Source of the DNA: Eledone cirrhosa
Lineage: Eukaryota
DNA length: 64,000 nt
Assembly (NCBI GenBank): GCA_964016885.1
Contig: OZ024743.1
Coordinates: 131,874,001-131,938,000 of the forward strand
Direction of reading: 5' to 3'
Below, piece by piece: positions 47,930 to 61,200 of the stretch (the first letter of the stretch is position 1; each line of letters opens with the position of its first letter). The notes under the pieces were generated by a model. That model was not told where the DNA came from, did not search any database, and saw nothing but the letters and a program-made list of their open reading frames with translations. The position numbers and the translations under genes were made by a program.

Positions 47930-50900
47930 TGCTTGGAGCCTGGTGCTTGGTGCTTGGTGCTTGTTGTTTGGTGCTTGGTGCTTGGTGATTAGTGTTTGGT
48001 GCTTCGTGCTTGCGGTTTGGTGTTTGGTGCCTGGGGTTTGGTGTTTGGTGCTTGGTGCTTGGTGTTTGGTGCTTGGTGCTTGGTGTTTGGTGTTTGCTGT
48101 CTGGTGTTTGCTGTTTGGTGTTTGGTGTTTGGTGCTTGCTGTTTGGTGCTTGGTGCTTGGTGTTTGGTGTTTGGTGTTTGGTGCTTGGTGCTTGGTGTTT
48201 GGTGCTTGGTGCTTGGTGCTGGGTGTTTGGTGCTTGGTGCTTGGTGTTTGGTTGTTGGTGCTTGGTGCTTGGTGTTTGGTCCTTGGTGCTTGGTGCTTGG
48301 TCTTTGGTGCTTGGGTTTTGGTGTTTGGTGCTTGGTGCTTGGTGTTTGGTGCTTGGTTCTTGGTGCTTGGTGCTTGGTGTTTGGTGATTGCTGCTTGGTG
48401 CTTGGTGTTTGGTGCTTGGTGCTTGGTGATTAGTGTTTGGTGATTGGTGCTTGGGGTTTGCTGTTTGGTGCTTGGTGTTTGGTGCTTGGTGCTTGCTGTT
48501 TGGTGTTTGGTGTTTGGTTCTTGGTGCTTGGTGTTTGGTGTTTGGTGTTTGGTGCTTGGTGCTTGGTGCTTGGTTTTTAGTGCTTGGTGCTTGGTGCTTG
48601 GTGTTTGGTGCTGCGTGCTTGGTGTTTGGTGTTTGGTGCTTGGTGCCTGGTGCTTGTTGTTTGGTGTTTGGTGCTTAGTGCATGGTGTTTGGTGTTTGGT
48701 GCTTGGTGCTTGGTGGCTGGTGCTTGGTGCATGGTGTTTGTAGTTTGGTGCTTGGTGCTTGGTGCCTGGTGTTTCGTGCTTGGTGCTTGGTGCTTGGTGT
48801 TTGGTGTTTGGTGCTTGGTGTTTGGTGTTTGGTACTTGGTGCTTGGTGCTTGGTGCTTGGTGTTTGGTGCTTGGTGTTTGATGCTGCGTGCTTGGTGTTT
48901 GGTGTTTGGTGCTTGGTGCTTGGTGTTTGGTGTTTGGAGCTTGGTGCCTGCTGCTTGTTGTTTGGTGTTTGGTGCTTGGTGCTTGGTGTTTGGTGTTTGG
49001 TGCTTGGTGCTTGATGCTTGGTATCTGGTGTTTGGTGCTTGATGTTTGGTGTTTGGTGCTTGGTGCTTGGTGCTTGGTGTTTGGTGTTTGGTGCTTGGTG
49101 CTTGGTGTTTGGTGCTTGGTGTTTGGTGTTTGGTGTTTGATGCTTGGTGTTTGCTGCTTGGTGCTTGGTGCTTGGTGTTTTGTGTTTGGTGCTTGGTGCT
49201 TGGTGCCTGGTGCTTGGTGCTTGGTGCTTGTTGTTTGGTGCTTGGTGCTTGGTGCTTGGTGTTTGGTGCTTGGTGCTTGGTGCTTGGTGTTTGGTGTTTG
49301 GTGCTTGGTGTTTGGTGCTTGGTGTTTGGTGCTTGGTGCTTGGTGCTTGGTGTTAGGTGTTTGGTGCTTGGTGCTTGGTGTTTGATGTTTGGTCCTTGGT
49401 GCTTGTTGTTTGGTGTTTGGTGCTTGGTGCTTGGTGTTTGGTGTTTGGTGCTTGCTGCTTGCTGCTTGGTGTTTGGTGCTTGGTGATTGGTGCTTGGTGT
49501 TTTATGCTTGGTGCTTGGTGTTTGGTGCTAGGGGCTTGGTGCTAGATGCTTGGTGTTTGGTGCTTGGTGCTTGCTGTTTGGTGTTTGGTGCTTGGTGCGT
49601 GGGACTTAGTGTTTGGTGTTTGGTGCTTGGTGTTTTGTGCTTGGTGTTTGGTGCTTGGTGCTTGGTGTTTGGTGTTTGGTGCTTGGTGCTTGGGGCTTGG
49701 TGTTTGGTGCTTCGTGTTTGGTGCTTGGTGTTTGGTGCTTGGTGCTTGGTGCTTTGTGTTTGGTGTATGGTGTTTGGTGCTTGGTGTTTGGTGCTTGGTG
49801 CTTGGTGCTGGGTGGTTGGTGTTTGGTGTTTGGTGCTTGGTGATTGGTGCTTATTTTTTGGTGCTTGGTGCTTGGTGCTTGGTGCTTGGTCTTTGGTGCT
49901 TGGTGTTTGGTGTTTGGTGCTTGGTGCTTGGTGCTTGGTGATTAGTGTTTGGTGTTTGGTGCTTGGTGTTTGGTGCTTGGTGCTTGGTGCTGGGTGGTTG
50001 GTGTTTGGTGTTTGGTGCTTGGTGATTGGTGCTTATTGTTTGGTGCTTGGTGCTTGGTGCTTGGTGCTTGGTCTTTGGTGCTTGGTGTTTGGTACTTGGT
50101 GTTTGGTGTTTGGTGCTTGGTGCTTGGTGCTTGGTGATTAGTGTTTGGTGCTTGGTGCTTGGTGCCTGGTGCTTGGTGCTTGGTGCTTGTTGTTTGGTGC
50201 TTGGTGCTTGGTGATTAGTGTTTGGTGCTTGGTGCTTGGAGCCTGGTGCTTGGTGCTTGGTGCTTGTTGTTTGGTGCTTGGTGCTTGGTGATTAGTGTTT
50301 GGTGCTTCGTGCTTGCGGTTTGGTGTTTGGTGCCTGGGGTTTGGTGTTTGGTGCTTGGTGCTTGGTGTTTGGTGCTTGGTGCTTGGTGTTTGGTGTTTGC
50401 TGTCTGGTGTTTGCTGTTTGGTGTTTGGTGTTTGGTGCTTGCTGTTTGGTGCTTGGTGCTTGGTGTTTGGTGTTTGGTGTTTGGTGCTTGGTGCTTGGTG
50501 TTTGGTGCTTGGTGCTTGGTGCTGGGTGTTTGGTGCTTGGTGCTTGGTGTTTGGTTGTTGGTGCTTGGTGCTTGGTGTTTGGTCCTTGGTGCTTGGTGCT
50601 TGGTCTTTGGTGCTTGGGTTTTGGTGTTTGGTGCTTGGTGCTTGGTGTTTGGTGCTTGGTTCTTGGTGCTTGGTGCTTGGTGTTTGGTGATTGCTGCTTG
50701 GTGCTTGGTGTTTGGTGCTTGGTGCTTGGTGATTAGTGTTTGGTGATTGGTGCTTGGGGTTTGCTGTTTGGTGCTTGGTGTTTGGTGCTTGGTGCTTGCT
50801 GTTTGGTGTTTGGTGTTTGGTTCTTGGTGCTTGGTGTTTGGTGTTTGGTGTTTGGTGCTTGGTGCTTGGTGCTTGGTGTTTGGTGCTTGGTGCTTGGTGC

Positions 50901-52520
50901 TTGGTGTTTGGTGCTGCGTGCTTGGTGTTTGGTGTTTGGTGCTTGGTGCCTGGTGCTTGTTGTTTGGTGTTTGGTGCTTAGTGCATGGTGTTTGGTGTTT
51001 GGTGCTTGGTGCTTGGTGGCTGGTGCTTGGTGCATGGTGTTTGTAGTTTGGTGCTTGGTGCTTGGTGCCTGGTGTTTCGTGCTTGGTGCTTGGTGCTTGG
51101 TGTTTGGTGTTTGGTGCTTGGTGTTTGGTGTTTGGTACTTGGTGCTTGGTGCTTGGTGCTTGGTGTTTGGTGCTTGGTGTTTGATGCTGCGTGCTTGGTG
51201 TTTGGTGTTTGGTGCTTGGTGCTTGGTGTTTGGTGTTTGGAGCTTGGTGCCTGCCGCTTGTTGTTTGGTGTTTGGTGCTTGGTGCTTGGTGTTTGGTGTT
51301 TGGTGCTTGGTGCTTGATGCTTGGTATCTGGTGTTTGGTGCTTGATGTTTGGTGTTTGGTGCTTGGTGCTTGGTGCTTGGTGTTTGGTGTTTGGTGCTTG
51401 GTGCTTGGTGTTTGGTGCTTGGTGTTTGGTGTTTGGTGTTTGATGCTTGGTGTTTGCTGCTTGGTGCTTGGTGCTTGGTGTTTTGTGTTTGGTGCTTGGT
51501 GCTTGGTGCCTGGTGCTTGGTGCTTGGTGCTTGTTGTTTGGTGATGGTGCTTGGTGCTTGGTGTTTGGTGCTTGGTGCTTGGTGCTTGGTGTTTGGTGTT
51601 TGGTGCTTGGTGTTTGGTGCTTGGTGTTTGGTGCTTGGTGCTTGGTGCTTGGTGTTAGGTGTTTGGTGCTTGGTGCTTGGTGTTTGATGTTTGGTCCTTG
51701 GTGCTTGTTGTTTGGTGTTTGGTGCTTGGTGCTTGGTGTTTGGTGTTTGGTGCTTGCTGCTTGCTGCTTGGTGTTTGGTGCTTGGTGATTGGTGCTTGGT
51801 GTTTTATGCTTGGTGCTTGGTGTTTGGTGCTAGGGGCTTGGTGCTAGATGCTTGGTGTTTGGTGCTTGGTGCTTGCTGTTTGGTGTTTGGTGCTTGGTGC
51901 GTGGGACTTAGTGTTTGGTGTTTGGTGCTTGGTGTTTTGTGCTTGGTGTTTGGTGCTTGGTGCTTGGTGTTTGGTGTTTGGTGCTTGGTGCTTGGGGCTT
52001 GGTGTTTGGTGCTTCGTGTTTGGTGCTTGGTGTTTGGTGCTTGGTGCTTGGTGCTTTGTGTTTGGTGTATGGTGTTTGGTGCTTGGTGTTTGGTGCTTGG
52101 TGCTTGGTGCTGGGTGGTTGGTGTTTGGTGTTTGGTGCTTGGTGATTGGTGCTTATTGTTTGGTGCTTGGTGCTTGGTGCTTGGTGCTTGGTCTTTGGTG
52201 CTTGGTGTTTGGTGTCTGGTGCTTGGTGCTTGGTGCTTGGTGATTAGTGTTTGGTGTTTGGTGCTTGGTGTTTGGTGCTTGGTGCTTGGTGCTGGGTGGT
52301 TGGTGTTTGGTGTTTGGTGCTTGGTGATTGGTGCTTATTGTTTGGTGCTTGGTGCTTGGTGCTTGGTGCTTGGTCTTTGGTGCTTGGTGTTTGGTACTTG
52401 GTGTTTGGTGTTTGGTGCTTGGTGCTTGGTGCTTGGTGATTAGTGTTTGGTGCTTGGTGCTTGGTGCCTGGTGCTTGGTGCTTGGTGCTTGTTGTTTGGT
52501 GCTTGGTGCTTGGTGATTAG
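47930..52520 (+). repeat. Two tandem copies of a 2303-bp (329-monomer) higher-order repeat, also matching approx. 42150-44435
   Basis: Offsets 2303 (47992/50295, 48433/50736, 48888/51191), then 2302 after the 1-bp deletion at 51540. Offset 5782 (826x7) to the copy at 42210/42651/43607. Shared variant GGTGCTAGATGCTT. Confidence 0.9.
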
Positions 52521-55500
52521 TGTTTGGTGCTTGGTGCTTGGGGTTTGGTGTTTGGTGCTTGGGGTTTGGTGTTTGGTGCTTGGTGCTTGGTGTTTGGTGC
52601 TTGGTGCTTGGTGTTTGGTGCTTGGTGCTTTGTGTTTGGTGCTTGGTGTTTGGTGCTTTGATGCTTGGTGCTTGGTGCTTGGTGTTAGGTGTTTGGTGCT
52701 TGGTGATTGGTGTTTGATGTTAGGTTCTTGGTGCTTGGTGTTTGGTGTTTGGTGCTTGGTGCTTGGTGTTTGGTCTTTGGTGCTTGCTGCTTGGTGCCTG
52801 GTGTTTTGTGTTTGGAGTTTGGTGCTTGGTGTTTGGTGCTTGATGCTTGGTGTTTGGTGTTTGGTGTTTGGTGTTTGGTGATTGGTGCTTGGTGTTTGGT
52901 GCTTGGTGCTTGGTGCTTGGTGCTTGGTGTTAGGCGTTTGGTGCTTGGTGCTTGGTATTTGATGTTAGGTTCTTGGTGCTTGGTGTTTGGTGTTTGGTGC
53001 TTGGTGCTTGGTGTTTGGTGTTTGGTGCTTGATGCTTGGTGCTTGGTGTTTTGTGTTTGGAGTTTGGTGCTTGGTGTTTGGTGCTTGGTGCTTGGTGTTT
53101 GGTGTTTGGTGTTTGGTGTTTGGTGATTGGTGTTTGGTGTTTGGTGCTTGGTGTTTGGTGCTTGGTGCTTGGTGCTTGGTCCTTGGTGCTTGGTGTTTGG
53201 TATTTGGAGCTTGGTGCTTGGTGTTTGGTGTTTGGTTCTTGCTGCTTGCTGCTTGGTGTTTGGTGCTAGGGACTTGGTGCTTGGTGCTTGGTGTTTGGTG
53301 CTTGGTGTTTGGTGTTTGGTGCTTGGTGCGTGGGACTTGGTGTTTGGTGCTTGGTGTTTGGTGCTTGGTGTTTGGTGCTTGGTGCCTGGTGCTTGGTGTT
53401 TGGTGTTTGGTGCTTGGTGTTTGGTGCTTGGTGTTTGGTACTTGGTGTTCGGTGCTTGGTGCTTGGTGCTTGGTGCTTGGTGTTTGGTGTTTGGTGCTTG
53501 GTGCTTGGTGTTTGATGTTTGGTCCTTGGTGCTTGGTGTTTGGTGTTGTGTGCTTGGTGCTTGGTGCTTGGTGTTTGGTGCTTGGTGCTTGGTGCTTGGT
53601 GTTTGGCGTTTGCTGTTTGCTGTTTGGTGTTTGGTGTTTGCTGTTTGGTGTTTGCTGTTTGGTGTTTGGTGTTTGGTGCTTGGTGCTTGGTGTTTGGTGC
53701 TTGGTGCTTGGTGCTTGGTGTTTGGTCCTTGGTGCTTGGTGCTTGGTGCTTGGTCTTTGGTGCTTGGGTTTTGGTGTTTGGTGCTTGGCGCTTGGTGTTT
53801 GGCGCTTGGTGATTGGTGCTTGGTGCTTGGTGTTTGGTGCTTGCTGCTTGGTGCTTGGTGTTTGGTGCTTGGTGCTTGGTGATTAGTGTTTGGTGATTGG
53901 TGCTTCGGGTTTGGTGTTTGGGGCTTGGTGTTTGGTGCTTGGTGCTTGCTGTTTGGTGATTGGTGTTTGGTTCTTGGTGCTTGGTGTTTGGTGTTTGGTG
54001 TTTGGTGCTTGGTGCTTGGTGCTTGGTGTTTGGTGCTTGGTGCTTGGTGCTTGGTGCTTGGTGTTTGGTGCTGCGTGCTTGGTGTTTGGTGTTTGGTGCT
54101 TGGTGCCTGGTGATTGTTGTTTGGTGTTTGGTGCTTAGTGCTTGGTGTTTGGTGTTTGGTGCTTGGTGCTTGGTGGCTAGTGTTTGGTGCTTGGTGCTTG
54201 GTATCTGGTGTTTGGTGCTTGATGTTTGGTGTTTGGTGCTTGGTGTTTGGTGTTTGGTGCTTGGTGCTTGGTGTTTGGTGCTTGGTGTTTGGTGCTTGGT
54301 GTTTGATGCTTGGTGTTTGCTGCTTGGTGCTTGGTGCTTGGGGTTTTGTGTTTGGTGCTTGGTGCATGGAGTCTGGTGCTTGGTGCTTGGTGCTTGTTGT
54401 TTGGTGCTTGGTGCTTGGTGATTAGTGTTTGGTGCTTGGTGCTTGGTGTTTGGTGCTTGGTGCTTGGTGCTTGGTGTTTGGTGCTTGGTGCTTGGTGTTT
54501 GGTGCTTGGTGCTTGGTGTTTGGTGTTTGGCGTTTGCTGTTTGCTGTTTGGTGTTTGGTGTTTGCTGTTTGGTGCTTGGTGCTTGGTGTTTGGTGTTTGG
54601 TGTTTGGTGCTTGGTGCTTGGTGTTTGGTGCTTGGTGCTTGGTGCTGGGTGTTTGGTGCTTGGTGCTTGGTGTTTGGTTGTTGGTGCTTGGTGCTTGGGG
54701 TTTGGTCCTTGGTGCTTGGTGCTTGGTCTTTGGTGCTTGGGTTTTGGTGTCTGGTGCTTGGTGCTTGGTGTTTGGTGCTTGGTTCTTGGTGCTTGGTGCT
54801 TGGTGTTTGGTGATTGCTGCTTGGTGCTTGGTGTTTGGTGCTTGGTGTTTGGTGCTTGGTGCTTGCTGTTTGGTGTTTGGTGTTTGGTTCTTGGTGCTTG
54901 GTGTTTGGTGTTTGGTGTTTGGTGCTTGGTCCTTGGTGCTTGGTGTTTGGTGCTTGGTGCTTGGTGCTTGGTGTTTGGTGCTGCGTGCTTGGTGTTTGGT
55001 GTTTGGTGCTTGGTGCCTGGTGCTTGTTGTTTGGTGTTTGGTGCTTAGTGCATGGTGTTTGGTGTTTGGTGCTTGGTGCTTGGTGGCTGGTGCTTGGTGT
55101 TTGGTGTTTGGAGTTTGGTGCTTGCTGCTTGGTGCCTGGTGTTTCGTGCTTGGTGCTTGGTGCTTGGTGTTTGGTGTTTGGTGCTTGGTGCTTGGTGTTT
55201 GGTGTTTGGAGCTTGGTGCCTGCTGCTTGTTGTTTGGTGTTTGGTGCTTGGTGCTTGGTGTTTGGTGTTTGGTGCTTGGTGCTTGATGCTTGGTATCTGG
55301 TGTTTGGTGCTTGATGTTTGGTGTTTGGTGCTTGGTGCTTGGTGCTTGGTGTTTGGTGTTTGGTGCTTGGTGCTTGGTGTTTGGTGCTTGGTGTTTGGTG
55401 TTTGGTGTTTGATGCTTGGTGTTTGCTGCTTGGTGCTTGGTGCTTGGTGTTTTGTGTTTGGTGCTTGGTGCTTGGTGCCTGGTGCTTGGTGCTTGGTGCT

Positions 55501-58219
55501 TGTTGTTTGGTGCTTGGTGCTTGGTGCTTGGTGTTTGGTGCTTGGTGCTTGGTGCTTGGTGTTTGGTGCTTGGTGCTTGGTGTTTGGTGCTTGGTGCCTG
55601 GTGTTTGGTGCTTGATGTTTGGTGCTTGGTGCTTGGTGCTTGGTGCTTGGTGTTAGGTGTTTGGTGCTTGGTGCTTGGTGTTTGATGTTTGGTCCTTGGT
55701 GCTTGGGGTTTGGTGTTTGGTGCTTGGTGCTTGGTGTTTGGTGCTTGGTGATTGGTGCTTGGTGTTTTGTGCTTGGTGCTTGGTGTTTGGTGTTTGGTGC
55801 TAGGGGCTTGGTGCTTGGTGCTTGGTGTTTGGTGCTTGGTGCTTGCTGTTTGGTGTTTGGTGCTTGGTGCGTGGGACTTAGTGTTTGGTGTTTGGTGCTT
55901 GGTGTTTGGTGCTTGGTGTTTGGTGCTTGGTGTTTGGGGCTTGGTGTTCGGTGCTTGGTGCTTGGTGCTTGGGGCTTGGTGTTTGGTGCTTGTTGCTTGG
56001 TGCTTGGTGTTTGATGTTGGGTCCTTGGTGCTTGGTGTTTGGTGTTTGGTGCTGGTGTTTGGTGTTTGGTGCTTGGTGCTTGGTGTTTGGTGTTTGGTGC
56101 TTGGTGCTTGGGGCTTGGTGTTTGGTGCTTGGTGCTTGGTGTTTGGTGCTTCTGCTTGGGGCTTGGTAGTTGGTGCTTGGTGCTTGGTGCCTGGTGTTTG
56201 GTGTTTGGTGTTTGGTGCTTGGTGTATGGTGCTTGGTGCTTGGTGCTGGGTGGTTGGTGTTTGGTGCTTGGTGCTTGGTGTTTGGTGCTTGGTGCTTGGT
56301 GCTTGTTGTTTGGTGCTTGGTGCTTGGTGCTTGGTCTTTGGTGCATGGTGTTTGGTGTTTGGCGCTTGGTGCTTGGTGCTTCGTGATTGGTGCTTGGTGC
56401 TTGGTGCTTGGTGTTTGGTGCTTGGTGCTTGGTGATTAGTGTTTGTTGCTTGGTGCTTGGGGTTTGGTGGTTGGTGCTTGGTGCTTGGTGTTTGGTGTTT
56501 GGTGTTTGGTGTTTGCTGTTTGCTGTTTGGTGTCTGCTTTTTGGTGTTTGGTGTTTGGTGTATGGTGTTTGCTGTTTCGTATTTGGTTTTTGCTGTTTGG
56601 TGTCTGGTGTTTGCTGTTTGGTGTTTGGTGTTTGGTTCTTGGTGCTTGGTGTTTGGCTTTGGTGCTTGGTGCTTGGTGTTTGGTGCTTGGTGCTTGGTGT
56701 TTGGTGCTTGGTGCTTGGTGCTTGTTGTTTGGTGCTTGGTGCTTGGTGCTTGGTCTTTGGTGCATGGTGTTTGGTGTTTGGTGCTTGGTGCCTGGTGCTT
56801 GTTGTATGGTGTTTGGTGCTTGGTATTTGGTGTTTGGTGTTTGATGCTTGGTGCGTGGTGCTTGGTGCTTGGTGTTTTGTGTTTGGTGCTTGGTGCTTGG
56901 TGCCTGGTGCTTGGTGCTTGGTGATTAGTGTTTGGTGCTTGGTGCTTGGTGGTTGGTGCTTGGTGTTTGGTGCTTGGTGCCTGGTGCTTGGTGTTTGGTG
57001 TTTGATGCTTGGTGTTTGGTGTTTGGTGTTTGGTACTTGGTGTTCGGTGCTTGGTGCTTGGTGCTTGGTGCTTGGTGTTTGGTGTTTGGTGCTTGGTGCT
57101 TGGTGTTTGATGTTTGGTCCTTGGTGCTTGGTGTTTGGTGTTGTGTGCTTGGTGCTTGGTGCTTGGTGTTTGGTGCTTGGTGCTTGGTGCTTGGTGTTTG
57201 GCGTTTGCTGTTTGCTGTTTGGTGTTTGGTGTTTGCTGTTTGGTGTTTGCTGTTTGGTGCTTGGTGCTTGGTGTTTGGTGCTTGGTGTTTGGTGCTTGGT
57301 GCCTGGTGCTTGGTGTTTGGTGTTTGATGCTTGGTCTTTGGTGTTTGGTGCTTGGTGTTTGGTGCTTGGTGCTTGGTGCTGGGTGTTTGGTGCTTGGTGC
57401 TTGGTGTTTGGTTCTTGGTGATTGGTGCTTGGTGTTTGGTCCTTGGTGCTTGGTGCTTGGTCTTTGGTGCTTGGGTTTTGGTGTTTGGTGCTTGGTGCTT
57501 GGTTATTAGTGTTTGGTGATTGGTGCTTGGGGTTTGGTGTTTGGGGCTTGGTGTTTGGTGCTTAGTGCTTGCTGTTTGGTGTTTGGTGTTTGGTTCTTGG
57601 TGCTTGGTGTTTGGTGTTTGGTGTTTGGTGCTTGGTGCTTGGTGCTTGGTGTTTGGTGCTTGGTGCTTGGTGCTTGGTGTTTGGTGCTGCGTGTTTGGTG
57701 TTTGGTGTTTGGTGCTTGGTGCCTGGTGCTTGTTGTTTGGTGTTTGGTGCTTAGTGCTTGGTGTTTGGTGTTTGGTGCTTGGTGCTTGGTGGCTGGTGTT
57801 TGGTGCTTGGTGTTTGGTGTTTCGTGCTTGGTGCTTGGTGCTTGGTGTTTGATGTTTGGTGCTTGGTGTTTGGTGTTTGGAGCTTGGTGCCTGGTGCTTG
57901 TTGTTTGGTGTTTGGCGCTTGGTGCTTGGTGTTTGGTGTTTGGCGCTTGGTGCTTGGTGTTTGGTGTTTGGTGCTTGGTGCTTGGTGCTTGGTATCTGGT
58001 GTTTGGTGCTTGATGTTTGGTGTTTGGTGCTTGGTGTTTGGTGTTTGGTGCTTGGTGTTTGGTGCTTGGTGTTTGGTGTTTGGTGTTTGATGCTTGGTGT
58101 TTGCTGCTTGGTGCTTGGTGCTTGGTGTTTTGTGTTTGGTTCTTGGTGCTTGGTGATTAGTGTTTGGTGCTTGGTGCTTGCTGATTGGTGCTTGGTGTAT
58201 GGTGTTTAGTGTCTGGTGC

Positions 58220-61200
58220 TTGGTGCTTGGTGTTTGGTGTTTGGTGTTTGGTACTTGGTGTTCGGTGCTTGGTGCTTGGTGCTTGGTGCTTGGTGTTTGG
58301 TGTTTGGTGCTTGGTGCTTGGTGTTTGATGTTTGGTCCTTGGTGCTTGGTGTTTGGTGTTGTGTGCTTGGTGCATGGTGCTTGATGTTTGGTGCTTGGTG
58401 CTTGGTGCTTGGTGTTTGGCGTTTGCTGTTTGCTGTTTGGTGTTTGGTGTTTGCTGTTTGGTGTTTGCTGTTTGGTGTTTGGTGTTTGGTGCTTGCTGTT
58501 TGGTGCTTGGTGCTTGGTGTTTGGTGTTAGGTGCTTGGTGTTTGGTGCTTGGTGCTTGGTGCTGAGTATTTGATGCTTGGTGCTTGGTGTTTGGTGCTTG
58601 GTGATTGGTGCTTGGTGTTTGGTCCTTGGTGCTTGGTGCTTGGTCTTTGGTGCTTGGGTTTTGGTGTTTGGTGCTTGGTGCTTGGTGTTTGGTGCTTGGT
58701 GCTTGGTGTTTGGTGCTTGGTGCTTGGTGTTTGGTGCTTGGTGCTTTGTGTTTGGTGCTTGGTGTTTGGTGCTTGCTGCTTGGTGCTTGGTGTTTGGTGC
58801 TTGGTGCTTGGTGATTAGTGTTTGGTGATTGTGCTTGGGGTTTGGTGTTTGGGGCTTGGTGTTTGGTGCTTAGTGCTTGCTGTTTGGTGTTTGGTGTTTG
58901 GTTCTTGGTGCTTGGTGTTTGGTGTTTGGTGTTTGGTGCTTGGTGCTTGGTGCTTGGTGTTTGGTGCTTGGTGCTTGGTGTTTGGTGCTTGGTGCCTGGT
59001 GCTTGTTGTTTGGTGTTTGGTGCTTAGTGCTTGGTGTTTGGTGTTTGGTGCTTGGTGCTTGGTGGCTGGTGTTTGGTGCTTGGTGTTTGGAGTTTGGTGC
59101 TTGGTGCTTGGTGCCTGGTGTTTCGTGCTTGGTGCTTGGTGCTTGGTGCTTGGTGTTTGGTGTTTGGTGTTTGGTGTTTGGTGTTTGCTGTTTGGTGTCT
59201 GCTTTTTGGTGTTTGGTGTTTGCTGTATGGTGTTTGCTGTTTCGTATTTGGTTTTTGCTGTTTGGTGTTTGGTGTTTGCTGTTTGGTGTTTGGTGTTTGG
59301 TGCTTGGTGCTTGGTGCTTGGCTTTGGTGCTTGGTGCTTGGTGTTTGGTGCTTGGTGCTTGGTGTTTGGTGTTTGGTGCTTGGTGCCTGGTGCTTGTTGT
59401 ATGGGGTTTGGTGCTTGGTGCTTGGTGTTTGGTGTTTGCTGCTTGGTGTCTGGTGTTTGGTGCTTGGTGTTTGGTGTTTGGTGCTTGGTGCTTGGTGCTT
59501 GGTGTTTGGTGTTTGGTGCTTGGTGCTTGGTGTTTGGTGTTTGGTGCTGGGTGCATGGAGTTTGGTGCTTGGGGCTTAGTGCTTGGTGTTTGGTGCTGCG
59601 TGCTTGGTGTTTGGTGTTTGGTGTTTGGTGCCTGGTGCTTGTTGTTTGGTGTTTGGTGCTTAGTGCTTGGTGTTTGGTGTTTGGTGCTTGGTGCTTGGTG
59701 GCTGGTGCTTGGTGCTTGGTGTTTGGAGTTTGGTGCTTGGTGCTTGGTGCCTGGTGTTTCGTGCTTGGTGCTTGGTGCTTGGTGTTTGGTGTTTGGTGCT
59801 TGGTGTTTGGTGTTTGGTGCTTGGTGCTTGGTGTTTGGTGTTTGGTGCTTGGTGTTTGGTGCTGGGTGCATGGAGTTTGGTGCTTGGTGCTTGTGCTTGG
59901 TGTTTGGTGTTTGGTGCTTGGTATTTGGTGTTTGGTGTTTGATGCTTGGTGTGTGGTGCTTGGTGCTTGGTGTTTTGTGTTTGGTGCTTGGTGCTTGGTG
60001 CCTGGTGCTTGGTGCTTGGTGCTTGTTGTTTGGTGCTTGGTGCTTGGTGATTAGTGTTTGGTGCTTGGTGCTTGGTGTTTGGTGCTTGGTGTTTGGTGCT
60101 TGGTGCCTGGTGCTTGGTGTTTGGTATTTGATGCTTGGTGTTTGGTGTTTGGTGTTTGGTACTTGGTGTTCGGTGCTTGGTGCTTGGTGCTTGGTGCTTG
60201 GTGTTTGGTGTTTGGTGCTTGGTGCTTGGTGTTTGATGTTTGGTCCTTGGTGCTTGGTGTTTGGTGTTGTGTGCTTGGTGCATGGTGCTTGATGTTTGGT
60301 GCTTGGTGCTTGGTGCTTGGTGTTTGGCGTTTGCTGTTTGCTGTTTGGTGTTTGGTGTTTGCTGTTTGGTGTTTGCTGTTTGGTGTTTGGTGTTTGGTGC
60401 TTGCTGTTTGGTGCTTGGTGCTTGGTGTTTGGTGTTAGGTGCTTGGTGTTTGCTGCTTGGTGCTTGGTGCTGAGTGTTTGGTGCTTGGTGCTTGGTGTTT
60501 GGTGCTTGGTGATTGGTGCTTGGTGTTTGGTCCTTGGTGCTTGGTGCTTGGTCTTTGGTGCTTGGGTTTTGGTGTTTGGTGCTTGGTGCTTGGCGTTTGG
60601 TGCTTGGTACTTGGTGCTTGGTGCTTGGTGTTTGGTGCTTGCTGCTTGGTGCTTGGTGTTTTGTGCTTGGTGCTTGGTGATTAGTGTTTGGTGATTGTGC
60701 TTGGGGTTTGGTGTTTGGGACTTGGTGTTTGGTGCTTAGTGCTTGCTGTTTGGTGTTTGGTGTTTTGTTCTTGGTGCTTGGTGTTTGGTGTTTGGTGTTT
60801 GGTGCTTGGTGCTTGGTGCTTGGTGTTTGGTGCTTGGTGCTTGGTGTTTGGTGCTTGGTGCCTGGTGCTTGTTGTTTGGTGTTTGGTGCTTAGTGCTTGG
60901 TGTTTGGTGTTTGGTGCTTGGTGCTTGGTGGCTGGTGTTTGGTGCTTGGTGTTTGGAGTTTGGTGCTTGGTGCTTGGTACCTGGTGTTTCGTGCTTGGTG
61001 CTTGGTGCTTGGTGCTTGGTGTTTGGTGTTTGGTGTTTGGTGTTTGGTGTTTGCTGTTTGGTGTCTGCTTTTTGGTGTTTGGTGTTTGCTGTATGGTGTT
61101 TGGTGTTTGATGCTTGGTGCGTGGTGCTTGTTGCTTGGTGTTTTGTGTTTGGTGCTTGGTGCTTGGTGCCTGGTGCTTGGTGCTTGGTGATTAGTGTTTG

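Noticed and set aside
51540-52659. Compensating -1 (51540) and +1 (52652) indels restoring phase
   Set aside because: Both are private to one copy and most other slips are uncompensated, so chance or consensus error is sufficient.
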